The notes under the pieces: generated by a model | Told to the model about the DNA's origin: nothing | Seen by the model: the letters and a program-made list of their open reading frames with translations, nothing else | Database searches by the model: none | Program-made: the position numbers and the translations under genes | NCBI GenBank assembly: GCA_947652805.1 | Contig: CANTEM010000001.1 | Coordinates: 1-49,384 of the forward strand | Direction of reading: 5' to 3' | DNA length: 49,384 nucleotides | Origin: an uncultured Clostridia bacterium | GTDB taxonomy: Bacteria; Bacillota; Clostridia; Oscillospirales; CAG-272 | Part shown: positions 9,617 through 19,113 of the stretch, in pieces | Position numbering within the stretch: position 1 is the first letter of the stretch | How the letters are laid out: the number at the start of each line of letters is the position of its first letter

Positions 9617-11727
9617 GACTGTGTATCTCCTGACCCGGTATCATCCGGGAAAAAATATGCGTTGAACAGATCCCGCACAGCAAAGCCGGCGTCTGTTCCC
9701 GTTGCACCGTGCTCAATCACGCAGGTGGCTACGATACTGGGATCGTCAAAGGGAGCGAAGGCAATAAATGTTGCGTTATCGGAAGAGGTTTCCGACACCT
9801 GTGCAGTACCGGTTTTGCCGCCGATCGCGATGGGATAGTTGACAAAGACCCGGGCTGCGGAACCGTTTTCCGTTACGTCCTTCATTGCGTAGCGCACGGT
9901 TTGCACAACGGTTTCATCCAAGCGGATGGAATCAATGATTTTCGGCTCCGCCGTATACAGGGTGTTGCCGTAATAATCTTTGGTTTCTTTTAAAATATGG
10001 GCGCTCATCCGGTTTCCGCCGTCCAGCAGGGTGGCCAGATACATACTGATCTGCAAGGGTGTGAACAGGTGGTCGGACTGCCCGATCGCCGCTTGGAGGG
10101 TGTCGCCGTCGTACCAGATTTTTCCGTTTTCTTCTCTGTATTTCGGACCTGCCAAAATACCGGTTTTTTCGCTCAATTCAATGCCTGTAGGCTGTCCCAG
10201 TCCGTATTTTTCGCAGTATGTGTCGATTTTCGATATGGTGAGCTGTCTGCCGATTTCATAGAAGAAATAGTTGCAGGACACCTGAATGGCTTCGGACACG
10301 TTGACAAATCCGTGGGTACGGTGTCCGTATTTCGGTGCATATATCCAGCATTTGGGCTGGTAGTCTGTATAGAATTTGTATTGTCCCTGGTCCTGAATTT
10401 CTGTTGTGGGCGTAATCACGCCCTCCTGGAGCGCCGCTGCCGCCACGCCGGGTTTAAAGGTGGAACCGGGGGCATAGGTGCCCTCCAATGCCCGGTTGAA
10501 CAGGGGCGCGTTTTCATCCTCGATCAGATCCTTATAGGTTTCGGAAAAGGTGGAAAGATCAAAGGTGGGACAGGAAGCCAGCGCCAACACCGCCCCGGTT
10601 TTGGCATCCACTGCGGTCAGCGCCCCGGCGTTGGCATCCTCACCGGAATTAGGCGTGCCAGACGCTGCGCCCTTTTGGGCAATCAGGGCGATATTGTCTG
10701 CCAGCGCTTTTTCCGCCGCCTTTTGCAGTTCGATATCAATGGTAAGATACACATGCTGTCCTGCCACCGGCTCCCGGCTCACATACTGTTCCAGCACGTT
10801 TCCGTAGCCGTCTTCCACAATGGTCAGTTCTCCGTCCACACCGTGGAGGTATTCTTCAAAGGATTTTTCCGCGCCGTCCACGCCGACGACAGCGTCCATG
10901 GAATAGCCCAGCTCCTTATAATATTCCGCAGTTTCGGCAGTGATCCTGCCCACCCGCCCCAGTATATGGGAGGCGATTCCGGGAAAGTGGTAGATCCGCT
11001 TGGATTCGTTATATACCCGGATCCCTCTGGTGGAGCCTTCCAGAATCCGGCTGATCAGCTCTACGGGGATATCTGTCAGAATGGTGTAGGGTTCTGTGGC
11101 AGAAAAATTGTTCAGTTCCATATCCAGACGCAGGGTGAACAGGAGCGCTGCATCCTCAGCGCCATAGTTTTCCTTGACTTTTTTATCTTCAATGGTGATA
11201 ATTCCGTACCGTACCAAAAGGGCTTCATACGCATCGGCAAGGGCTTCTTCTTCCCAGGTGCCGTCCTCTTCCGGCGGGAAATTCAGATCGGTGATCAGCT
11301 TTGTCAGCCGTTTGCCGTAAACGGTTTCCATAAATGCATCATCCAGAGTTACGGTTTCGCCCTCCACGGTGAAGGGATTTTCCGGCAGGGTGAATGCATC
11401 GCCGCTGCCGTTCTCCCGGGCAGTTTGTACGATTCGGAGCAGGATGTCGTTGCGGTCTGCCGCCGCCCGGGGCAGACTGCCTGCATCCAGATACAGGTTA
11501 TAGGTAAATTCATTGGAGATCAGCGCAGTTCCGTTGCAGTCGTAGATATTACCCCGCTGCGCCTGAATGATTTCCTTGCGGGTATAGGTTTTCGGTCCGG
11601 AGGTTTCCGTATAATAGTCCTGTCCCGCAATTTGTATGCTGATCAGGCGGGCAATAAAAATCAGGCACACGACGATAAAGAATGCTGCAAGGCACACGTA
11701 CCGCGCCAGATGTTCCCGTTTGCTCAT
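9613..11727 (-). CDS. mrdA: Penicillin-binding protein 2 (elongasome transpeptidase)
   Basis: 704 aa. N-terminal TM anchor and the transpeptidase motifs STFK (GSTFKP), SCN (SxN) and KTGT. Sits downstream of mreBCD. Its stop overlaps the nth start by 4 nt (ATGA). Confidence 0.9.
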   Translation of the reverse strand: MSKREHLARYVCLAAFFIVVCLIFIARLISIQIAGQDYYTETSGPKTYTRKEIIQAQRGNIYDCNGTALISNEFTYNLYLDAGSLPRAAADRNDILLRIVQTARENGSGDAFTLPENPFTVEGETVTLDDAFMETVYGKRLTKLITDLNFPPEEDGTWEEEALADAYEALLVRYGIITIEDKKVKENYGAEDAALLFTLRLDMELNNFSATEPYTILTDIPVELISRILEGSTRGIRVYNESKRIYHFPGIASHILGRVGRITAETAEYYKELGYSMDAVVGVDGAEKSFEEYLHGVDGELTIVEDGYGNVLEQYVSREPVAGQHVYLTIDIELQKAAEKALADNIALIAQKGAASGTPNSGEDANAGALTAVDAKTGAVLALASCPTFDLSTFSETYKDLIEDENAPLFNRALEGTYAPGSTFKPGVAAAALQEGVITPTTEIQDQGQYKFYTDYQPKCWIYAPKYGHRTHGFVNVSEAIQVSCNYFFYEIGRQLTISKIDTYCEKYGLGQPTGIELSEKTGILAGPKYREENGKIWYDGDTLQAAIGQSDHLFTPLQISMYLATLLDGGNRMSAHILKETKDYYGNTLYTAEPKIIDSIRLDETVVQTVRYAMKDVTENGSAARVFVNYPIAIGGKTGTAQVSETSSDNATFIAFAPFDDPSIVATCVIEHGATGTDAGFAVRDLFNAYFFPDDTGSGDTQS

Positions 11728-11765
11728 AAAAACCTCCTTAGTTTGAAATTGGTATATATTGTATC

Positions 11766-11860
11766 AGGCTCCCCCAGCAGGAGTTCGTAAAGCGAATCTG
11801 GCGATTCGCACTTACTTCCATAGCCCCCCCTTTTGCACAAGGGAGCCTTACATAGCTTGT
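11766..11860. repeat. Repeat-family modules inside the mreD-mrdA intergenic gap
   Basis: GGCTCCCCCAGCAGGAG module, hairpin GCGAATC-TGGC-GATTCGC, then the arm motif CCCCCCCTTTTGCACAAGGGAGCCTTA (about 11823-11849). The motifs are the same as in the full copies. Confidence 0.7.
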
Positions 11861-11868
11861 GCAAATCC

Positions 11869-12639
11869 TTAGTTTTCCGTCCGCTCGGCGCGGGATTTAT
11901 GGAAGGGCTTCATGGAAAGATACATCAGTCCGTATATACCCGGCGCCATAAGGGCTGTGGAGAAAAATTCCGGAATGACAATATCCAGGAAAATCTCCGC
12001 TCCGGAGGCGTTCAGAATCCATGCGGCGCAAATCGCCGTGATGATCGCCCGTCCCCCGCCACAGGCAGCAATATAAATACCCCGCACGGGAATGGAATCG
12101 CTCAGATATTCCTTTGCACAGACTCCGCAGAAATATCCCGCAGGCATATACAGCAGAGGAAGCAGAACCGGTCCGGGTGCGCCGCCCACAATATGGGAAA
12201 GACACGCGGCAATCAGCCCGAACACTGCTCCCCATTTTTCACCTTCCGATATTGCAACTGCCGCAGTCAGGGAGAGCAGAAGATCCGGCACTGCACCGAA
12301 GGGTGCAAATTCCACAAAAAAGGTGGTTTGCAGCATAAGAAACAGCACAAGATACAGTCCGCACACCAGTCCTTTGAGAATGCTTTCTATGTTTTCATAT
12401 GTGTAGTACCACAGCTTTTGCAGCATATCCTTCAGTTCCGCCGCAAGCGCCTGCCCAAAGGTAGGTGGGGGTGCCGGTTTCCGTCGGCGGGGGGGCTGCC
12501 CGGGACGGGGTCTGTTTTCCATAGGCGGGCGGGTTTGTGGTCTCACAGGCGCTGGCCGCTGTCTTCCTCCGGGAATTCCTTGTCCGTTTCCCCGGGGCGG
12601 AGCGCCTTTTCTTCCGCCGTTATTCTGTGTAGGCGTCAT
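11869..12639 (-). CDS. mreD: Rod shape-determining protein MreD, possibly with a Pro/Arg/Gly-rich N-terminal extension
   Basis: The C-terminal ~185 aa are polytopic membrane sequence in the mreD position after mreC. The ORF stays open for ~70 extra codons (PPRGNGQGIPGGRQRPAPVRPQTRPP...), so the start is ambiguous: ATG at 12639, 12522 or 12426. Confidence 0.7.
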   Translation of the reverse strand: MTPTQNNGGRKGAPPRGNGQGIPGGRQRPAPVRPQTRPPMENRPRPGQPPRRRKPAPPPTFGQALAAELKDMLQKLWYYTYENIESILKGLVCGLYLVLFLMLQTTFFVEFAPFGAVPDLLLSLTAAVAISEGEKWGAVFGLIAACLSHIVGGAPGPVLLPLLYMPAGYFCGVCAKEYLSDSIPVRGIYIAACGGGRAIITAICAAWILNASGAEIFLDIVIPEFFSTALMAPGIYGLMYLSMKPFHKSRAERTEN

Positions 12640-13459
12640 ATTCTGTTATAATCATAAACCGGTCCTCGTCGGACAAGGACGCCGCCGGTTGGATGTACAC
12701 ATTGAGGGCTTGGCTGTATGGATCCTGTTCAATTTCCGTTACGTATCCGATTACAAGCGCCCGGGGATACACGCTGCCGTAGCCGCTGGAGAGAATCCGG
12801 TCGCCGACTTCCACATCTGCGTCCGCTCCAAGATAGGACAGCTTGCACAGCCCCTGGGACGCAAGGGAGAAATCTCCCTCTACAACGCCCACTGCGCCGC
12901 TGCGTTCTACATATGCACCGATCGCCTGCCCGGATTCCAGAATTGTCACCGCCTTGGACCAGCCGATTCCTGCTTCCGTTACATATCCCACAATTCCTTT
13001 GCTGCTGATAATCGGCATATTTTTCTGTACGCCGTGGGAGGTGCCTTTATCCAGCGTATATACGGTCATGTAGTTTCCGCTTTCTCTGCCGGTAACGCCT
13101 GCGCTTTCAAATTTGAAATCTGTCCGTTCCCGTTTCAGTTCCAGATAGTCGTAAAGCCATTCGTTCATTCCGGCAAGCTCCTGAGATTTATAAATCTCAT
13201 CCTGGAGAGAATCAATCTGGGCGCGCAGCGCGTTGTTTTCCGCCACGATCCGATCAAATTCCGTAAAATATGAGGTAAAACCCTCCACTGCGTTTGTTGC
13301 GCAGGTGAACAGCCCCTGTATGGGAGACAGAAGAGACATTGCGGCATCCTTTACAACGGAATGGAGTCCCATGGCGCTGAGCACTGTGGGAACAATGGTG
13401 AGCACAAGGGTCACTAGAACGATGACGATAAAAAAACGGGTTTTCAGAAAATTACGCAC
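12620..13459 (-). CDS. mreC: Rod shape-determining protein MreC
   Basis: 279 aa. N-terminal TM, coiled coil (ENNALRAQIDSLQDEI), C-terminal beta-barrel domains with GIVGYVTE and GDRILSSG type motifs. Lies between mreB and mreD. Confidence 0.9.
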   Translation of the reverse strand: MRNFLKTRFFIVIVLVTLVLTIVPTVLSAMGLHSVVKDAAMSLLSPIQGLFTCATNAVEGFTSYFTEFDRIVAENNALRAQIDSLQDEIYKSQELAGMNEWLYDYLELKRERTDFKFESAGVTGRESGNYMTVYTLDKGTSHGVQKNMPIISSKGIVGYVTEAGIGWSKAVTILESGQAIGAYVERSGAVGVVEGDFSLASQGLCKLSYLGADADVEVGDRILSSGYGSVYPRALVIGYVTEIEQDPYSQALNVYIQPAASLSDEDRFMIITEYDAYTE

Positions 13460-13492
13460 GCCGCCTTCTCCTTTCGCAGCATTTTTCGATAT

Positions 13493-14509
13493 TTATCGGG
13501 AGCTTCGGCCCCGGAACTGTACGATATCGTTTGCATCGCCCATACTTTCGATCACATGACCAATGCCAACGGCTACCGAATCCAGAGGCGCTTTTGCAAT
13601 GGTGGCTTTGATTCCCGTCACATGAGTGATCAGCGCATCCAGTCCGCCCAGCAGTGCGCCGCCGCCGGCAAGCATGATGCCGTTGTCGTAAATGTCGCTG
13701 GACAGCTCCGGTGGGGTGTTTTCCAGAGTGGTGCGGATCGCCTCCACAATGTGAAACACCTGCTCGTGCATGGCTTCCCGGATATCCGCTGTGGTTACGT
13801 TGATAATCGCCGGCAATCCGTTGAGGAGATTCCGCCCCCGGATTTCCATGGATCCCCGATCCACGCCGGGGTGAACGCTGCCGATTTTCTTTTTCAGCAT
13901 TTCTGCGGTGATCTCACCGATCAGGATGTTGTATCGCTTTTTGATATAGTTGACAATGGATTCATCCAGCTCGTCCCCTGCAATTCGGAGGGATGTGGAA
14001 AGAACAATGCCGCCCAGACTGGTGACTGCCACTTCTGTGGTACCGCCGCCGATGTCTACGATCATACTGCCCTTGGCATCCTCTACCCGCAGTCCGCTGC
14101 CGATAGCGGCAGCAATGGGTTCTTCAATCAGTGCAACGCTTTGGGCGCCTGCTTCCAGAGTCACGTCCTCTACTGCACGCCGTTCCACTTCCGTTACGCC
14201 ATAGGGAATGCACACGATCACCCGGGGATGACTGAACATCGTCGATCCGGCGGTACGTTTGAAAAAGTCCCGGAGCATAGCGGTTGTAAAGTCAAATTCT
14301 GCGATGACCCCGTCCTTCATGGGACGCATGGCGATGATGGAACCGGGGGTTTTGCCGAGCATCAGTTTTGCCGCGTTGCCCACAGCCACCACTTTTTTGC
14401 TCCGCTGTTCTACCGCTACTACAGACGGCTCCCGTAAAACGATTCCCTTGCCCCGCACGTAAACGAGGGTGTTGGCGGTTCCCAGATCAATTCCGATATT
14501 TTTACTCAT
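13493..14509 (-). CDS. mreB: Rod shape-determining actin homologue MreB
   Basis: 338 aa. IGIDLGTANTLVY phosphate-1 motif, DIGGGTTEVAV, GIMLAGGGALL. Confidence 0.97.
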   Translation of the reverse strand: MSKNIGIDLGTANTLVYVRGKGIVLREPSVVAVEQRSKKVVAVGNAAKLMLGKTPGSIIAMRPMKDGVIAEFDFTTAMLRDFFKRTAGSTMFSHPRVIVCIPYGVTEVERRAVEDVTLEAGAQSVALIEEPIAAAIGSGLRVEDAKGSMIVDIGGGTTEVAVTSLGGIVLSTSLRIAGDELDESIVNYIKKRYNILIGEITAEMLKKKIGSVHPGVDRGSMEIRGRNLLNGLPAIINVTTADIREAMHEQVFHIVEAIRTTLENTPPELSSDIYDNGIMLAGGGALLGGLDALITHVTGIKATIAKAPLDSVAVGIGHVIESMGDANDIVQFRGRSSR

Positions 14510-14549
14510 AATTGTTTTTATACCTTTCCCGGTTTTTCAAGCTATATTT

Positions 14550-15134
14550 TTAAAGTACAGGGACGATTCCAAAGGCATCCCGCAAAAGGACGGATACCGG
14601 ACAAATGGGCAGTCCCATAATGCTGTAATAGTCTCCTTCAATGCTTTGTACAAACATGCCTGCCGCTTCCTGAATGCCGTATGCACCTGCTTTATCCAGC
14701 GGGGATCCGGTGGCGACATAGGCATTGATTTCCGCTTCTGTAATTTCCCGCATCGTGACCTGTGCGGCAACTGTGCGGGTGACAGAATGCTGCCCCTCGC
14801 TGATTGTGAATCCTGTGTATACGGTGTGGGTTCTGCCGCTCAGCATGGACAGCATCTGCGCCGCCTGTGCCGCGTCCCCGGGCTTGCCCAGGATCTTTTC
14901 ATCCAGGGCAACCACCGTATCAGCGGAAAGGATCACGTGTCCCTCCCCCGCAAGGGCGGCGGTAGCCGCAGCCTTGCGCCGGGACAGCTCCTGCACCAGG
15001 TGCGCCGGGGAAAGGCCCGGGGCGGTTTCGTCTGCGTCCGGGGACAGAACGGTGAACCGGTATCCCGCCATAGTAAGAATTTCCCGCCGCCGGGGGGACC
15101 CGGAAGCAAGGATCAGTTTTTCAGTCATAATCAT
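14550..15134 (-). CDS. maf: Maf-like nucleoside triphosphate pyrophosphatase (septum formation protein)
   Basis: LILASGSPRRREIL, GKP, AYGIQ motifs. The ORF track start (15221) would overlap dut. The ATG at 15134 (MIMTEKLILASGSPRR) gives the usual ~195 aa. Confidence 0.9.
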   Translation of the reverse strand: MIMTEKLILASGSPRRREILTMAGYRFTVLSPDADETAPGLSPAHLVQELSRRKAAATAALAGEGHVILSADTVVALDEKILGKPGDAAQAAQMLSMLSGRTHTVYTGFTISEGQHSVTRTVAAQVTMREITEAEINAYVATGSPLDKAGAYGIQEAAGMFVQSIEGDYYSIMGLPICPVSVLLRDAFGIVPVL

Positions 15135-15156
15135 ACGCTTTCGTAAAGTCTGTATT

Positions 15157-15603
15157 TTACTTCTTCCCTGTAGAGCCGATACCGCCCCGGTCCGCACCGC
15201 CCAGACTGTCCACTGCTTCAAAGGTAAGGGGCGGCTGGTGGCGCATGATCCGGAATTGGCAGATGCGGCTGTCTTCTTCGATTACCGTATCCCGCAGAGC
15301 ATAGGCGGGCATGTACCACTGATCTCCGTCTCCGCAGTAGGATTCGTCGATCACACCCATATGATTGGTTTGTATGATCCCGAAGTTTTTGAAGGTGGAA
15401 GAGCGGGGCACCACATGGGCTTCATAACCCTCCGGGAGGGCGATCGCGATGCCCAGGGGCAGGAGACGGAATTCGCCTGCCTGCATGGTCACCGTTTCCG
15501 CAATGCGCAGGTCGATCCAGTCGGATTTTCCGTCGATATACCGCAGTGGTTCTATGCCCGGCTTTAAATATTTTACCCGAAGCTGTACATTTTTTTCTTC
15601 CAT
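15157..15603 (-). CDS. dut: dUTP diphosphatase (trimeric dUTPase)
   Basis: 148 aa with the five dUTPase motifs: [32 protein letters not shown]. Confidence 0.9.
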   Translation of the reverse strand: MEEKNVQLRVKYLKPGIEPLRYIDGKSDWIDLRIAETVTMQAGEFRLLPLGIAIALPEGYEAHVVPRSSTFKNFGIIQTNHMGVIDESYCGDGDQWYMPAYALRDTVIEEDSRICQFRIMRHQPPLTFEAVDSLGGADRGGIGSTGKK

Positions 15604-15615
15604 TGCCTGAAAACC

Positions 15616-17601
15616 TCATTTTTTCATTCTATAGATCGCACCTTCCGGTGCCGCGCCTTCCTGATATGCCCGGATGATCCGGTCGCAGGCGGCTGCGTCT
15701 TCTGTGGTGAACATAAAATGCATCCGCGTGATCCCGGCGCGCCGTACCGCGTCCAGCCGATCCGCCATGTAAACAGGCACGCTGTTCCATATGATATTCC
15801 CGCATCCGTGAGCGCAGGTCACGGGAAATGCCGCCCCCCGGCGATCCTGCAAAGTCCCGCCGCCCTTGCCGCAGCTATGGCAGCCGTCGGACACCGCGCA
15901 CCGAATGGTAAGCATCAGAGGCAGTCTGCCGTATACGACCGCGCCTTTCGGTACGGGGCTTTGAAGATCCCGCATCTGGGGAAGGGTCAGTTCCGGTGAA
16001 AGATATACACAGTCCGCACCAGCCCCGGCAAGAGATGCGGCAGTTTTTCCGTTGTATACGTTGAACCGCAGAGACGCACGGGCGGGAATACCCCGCCGTG
16101 CCGCTTCTGTAAGCTGCCCCGGCGTATGCACCAATACGTATGGTGCCCCCGCCACTGCCTCCCATATCTCCTCCGATTTTTCTCCGGGAAAGAAGGGGGG
16201 AAGCTCTATGCCTGTGTCCTGCATTCGCGCAGGATAGGGTAAATAGATTTCATTGAAAAATGCCCGTGCCAAAGGTGTGATTTGTCCGGGAGACAAAAAG
16301 GATGCGGAATACGTCGGCTCCTCTTTCATGGGGGAGGGGATTTCTGCCTTTTGTGTCTGACCCCCTTCCCGCGCCGGGGGAGAAAGCAAGGCTTCCACCG
16401 CCATCCGGCGAAGCCGGTTGAGCATGGAGAGAGTAAACAACGCTTTTCCGTCCGATTCATAGGTGAAGGATCCAAGGGTAAAAGGCGTGTTCCCCAGCCG
16501 TCCCGCATTTTTGCGGGCGGCGTCTGCATCCGGGGGAGGTACGTCTCCTTTTATAAGGGGCGCGTCTGTATAGACGGTAACGGTTTTCTCCGGGGACGCG
16601 GCAGTCAGCGCTGCCGGCGTGCCGGTTTGTATGCGCAGGGTCATATCCAGAATAGCCCGGCGGGATAGTCCACCGTATGCAGGGGGCTGTGTATCGTGAA
16701 ATTCCTTCAGGGTGCGCACGCCCAGCATATTTTTATAATTTCCCCGGAAATATCCGTCGGTAAATCCGCTGCGGCTAAACGCCGCTTCCAGACGCGCAAG
16801 CTCGTCCGGGTTTGCCGCTCGCTTTCCATCCAGCAGGCTGCGATAAACGGAAACCACCGTATATACATATTCCGCAGACTTCTGCCGCCCCTCGATTTTC
16901 AGACTGGCGATGCCTGTTTCCAGAATTTCCGGTATATGCTCCGCAAGACACAGATCCCGCAGACTGAGGGGATAGCCGTTTTTGCCCCCCAAGGTGTACG
17001 GGAGCCGGCAGGGCTGGGCACAGGATCCCTGATTCCCGCTTCTGCCGCCCATGACTGCGCTCATCAGGCACTGTCCGGAAAAGGACACGCAGTGGGCGCC
17101 GTGAATAAACATTTCAATGGGAATGGGGGAACGGCTGCACAGACGGGCGAGGGAGGCCCCGGAAAGCTCTCTGGGGCACACCATACGGGAAAAGCCCATT
17201 TTCGCCAGCGCGTCTGCGTCAAATTCCGTATGGGCGGACATTTGGGTGCTTGCATGGAGCTGCACACCGGGGATTTGCTCCCGCAGCAGTGCTGCAAGCC
17301 CTGCGTCCGCGATAATAAACGCGTCTGCTCCTGCCTCCCACAGGCGGCGGGCAAGGGGCAGCGCCTCCCCAAGCTGCCGATCGGTCAACCGTGTGTTCAG
17401 GGTAATATAAGCCTGTACGCCGAAGGCGCGGCACAAGGACAGCGCCTGCTGTGCTTCGACCTCTCCGAAATTATCCGCCCGCATACGGGCATTGAATGCG
17501 TCCGCCCCAAAATAAACTGCGTTTGCGCCTGCGTCAATGGCAGCTTCCAGGGAAGCTATATTGCCGGCAGGAGCCAGAAGCTCGGGGAAATGCTGTTTCA
17601 T
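15616..17601 (-). CDS. Peptidase U32 family protein (collagenase-like / RNA-hydroxylation family)
   Basis: 661 aa. N-terminal PELLAPAGNIASLEAAIDAGANAVYFG and EGRQKS-type U32 signature region (LKIEGRQKSAEY). Its start abuts the zapA stop with no gap. Confidence 0.85.
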   Translation of the reverse strand: MKQHFPELLAPAGNIASLEAAIDAGANAVYFGADAFNARMRADNFGEVEAQQALSLCRAFGVQAYITLNTRLTDRQLGEALPLARRLWEAGADAFIIADAGLAALLREQIPGVQLHASTQMSAHTEFDADALAKMGFSRMVCPRELSGASLARLCSRSPIPIEMFIHGAHCVSFSGQCLMSAVMGGRSGNQGSCAQPCRLPYTLGGKNGYPLSLRDLCLAEHIPEILETGIASLKIEGRQKSAEYVYTVVSVYRSLLDGKRAANPDELARLEAAFSRSGFTDGYFRGNYKNMLGVRTLKEFHDTQPPAYGGLSRRAILDMTLRIQTGTPAALTAASPEKTVTVYTDAPLIKGDVPPPDADAARKNAGRLGNTPFTLGSFTYESDGKALFTLSMLNRLRRMAVEALLSPPAREGGQTQKAEIPSPMKEEPTYSASFLSPGQITPLARAFFNEIYLPYPARMQDTGIELPPFFPGEKSEEIWEAVAGAPYVLVHTPGQLTEAARRGIPARASLRFNVYNGKTAASLAGAGADCVYLSPELTLPQMRDLQSPVPKGAVVYGRLPLMLTIRCAVSDGCHSCGKGGGTLQDRRGAAFPVTCAHGCGNIIWNSVPVYMADRLDAVRRAGITRMHFMFTTEDAAACDRIIRAYQEGAAPEGAIYRMKK

Positions 17602-18108
17602 TTATCCGTTGGTTTTGCCCCGGAGCAGGCTTTCGATCTGGCGCAGCTTGTCGCTTCTTTCCGCGGGTGCTTTTTCTTCCGGTGCAGCTTCCTCTTCCTG
17701 CGGCGCGTCTGCTTCCTCAGCCTGTGCCTGGGTCATGTCAAGCTGCTCTATACCGTCTTCTTCCTCTGCCGGTTCTGGCTCTGCTTCTTCCGGTTCCCCT
17801 TTTCCGCTAAGCATGATTTCCTTCAGCTTTGCGTTTTCTTCACGCAGGCGGCGCAGATTTGCGTCGTACAAGCCGATTTGTGCTTCCAGGTTCCGGATCC
17901 GCTTTTCCGCCTTAATCCGTTCGCTGTTTGTATCCAGCGCCACAAGGAGGGCGGCGTCCAGCTTGGAGCAGCGCTTGCTGGCAAGGGTGATTTCCCGAAC
18001 CTTCTGATCCAGGTCGTTTACCAGCCGCATTACGAAATCTTCCCGTTCGTCGGAGATAATCGCCATTTCCACGTCTGCGATGACAACGTCATATTTTTTC
18101 TTATCCAT
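17602..18108 (-). CDS. zapA: Cell division protein ZapA with coiled-coil and acidic C-terminal extension
   Basis: The N-terminal ~90 aa fit the ZapA fold pattern (KKYDVVIADVEMAIISDEREDFVMRLVNDLDQKVREI). A coiled coil and a Glu/Ala/Pro-rich tail follow. ZapA immediately upstream of a U32 gene is a common Firmicutes arrangement. Confidence 0.7.
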   Translation of the reverse strand: MDKKKYDVVIADVEMAIISDEREDFVMRLVNDLDQKVREITLASKRCSKLDAALLVALDTNSERIKAEKRIRNLEAQIGLYDANLRRLREENAKLKEIMLSGKGEPEEAEPEPAEEEDGIEQLDMTQAQAEEADAPQEEEAAPEEKAPAERSDKLRQIESLLRGKTNG

Positions 18109-18144
18109 AAATCTGTCCGTCCTTTGATTTTTTGCCGGTTTTCC

Positions 18145-18173
18145 TTGAATTTATGGGAATTTGATAGTATAAT
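18145..18173 (+). promoter_or_regulatory. Candidate sigma-A promoter for proBA
   Basis: TTGAAT (18145-18150), exactly 17 nt of spacer, then consensus TATAAT (18168-18173). About 130 nt upstream of the proB ATG. Confidence 0.5.
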
Positions 18174-18303
18174 AACGGAAGTACACTTATCTTTCCCTCT
18201 GGAAGAACCGGAATATATGTATTCATACCATTATAATATATTATCAGGTGAAATTGAATACATTTCGTAAATTTTTTTAAAAAATGGAGATTTTTATAAA
18301 GGA

Positions 18304-19113
18304 ATGGACAACGTACAAAGATGCCGCCGGATCACGGTGAAAATCGGATCCTCCACCCTGACCCATGCAAAAACGGGCAGGCTGAATATCCGCCGTATGG
18401 AAACATTGGTCCGCACCCTTTCGGATATTAAAAATTCCGGCAGGGAAGTGGTGCTGGTTTCCTCCGGCGCCGTCACTGCGGGAACGGCTAAGCTGGGCAT
18501 GGATATCCACCCCCGCCCACTGGATGAAAAACAGGCGCTGGCGGCAGTAGGGCAGACGGAGCTGATGCGTATGTATGAGCGGCTGTTTGCCATATACGGA
18601 TATCAGGTGGGGCAGATTCTCATGACCCGGGATGTGGTAGACGACCCCAATCGGCTGCAAATCATCAAGAATACCTTCAACCGGCTACTGGATTTCGGCT
18701 GCGTGCCCATTGTCAATGAGAACGACTCGGTCAGCAACGAGGGACTCCAGTTCAAAGGAAACGATACCCTGTCCGCCTATGTTGCCATTGTGTGCGAATC
18801 GGATTTGTTGGTGAATCTCTCCGATGTGGACGGCATGTATGACAGCGATCCCCGCAAAAATCCCGATGCGAAGCTCCTTTCCAGAATAGACGAGATCAAC
18901 GACGCGGTTCGCGCCTGCGCCGGCGGTGCAGGCAGCGCCCTGGGCACCGGTGGTATGGAAACAAAGGTCCAGGCGGCGGAGATTGCCGGCGCGGCGGGCA
19001 TTCCCATGCTTCTGCTCAGCGGGAAGGATCCGTCTGTATTATATAACATTATCGACGGGAAAAAGATCGGAACGTATTTTGCAGCATCCAAAAGGAGGGC
19101 GGGCGATGCATGA
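18304..19113 (+). CDS. proB: Glutamate 5-kinase (short form, no PUA domain)
   Basis: 269 aa. RITVKIGSSTLT, VLVSSGAV, IVNENDSV, GTGGMETK motifs. Confidence 0.95.
   Translation: MDNVQRCRRITVKIGSSTLTHAKTGRLNIRRMETLVRTLSDIKNSGREVVLVSSGAVTAGTAKLGMDIHPRPLDEKQALAAVGQTELMRMYERLFAIYGYQVGQILMTRDVVDDPNRLQIIKNTFNRLLDFGCVPIVNENDSVSNEGLQFKGNDTLSAYVAIVCESDLLVNLSDVDGMYDSDPRKNPDAKLLSRIDEINDAVRACAGGAGSALGTGGMETKVQAAEIAGAAGIPMLLLSGKDPSVLYNIIDGKKIGTYFAASKRRAGDA

Noticed and set aside
9997-11790. 597-aa ORF antisense to the PBP2 gene. Similar long antisense ORFs lie at 478-1434, 16696-18270, 19049-20383, 20529-21569, 22546-23505 and 42455-43411.
   Set aside because: Each lies exactly opposite a gene with unmistakable conserved motifs. 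Their translations are low-complexity and rich in Cys, His, Arg and Gly. They have no recognisable domains and no RBS. Long stop-free antisense frames are expected in GC-rich coding DNA.
18174-18303. Possible T-box or other riboswitch leader upstream of proBA, as B. subtilis proBA is T-box regulated.
   Set aside because: The leader is only ~130 nt and AT-rich. It lacks the conserved T-box sequence, a specifier-loop architecture and a terminator/antiterminator pair.
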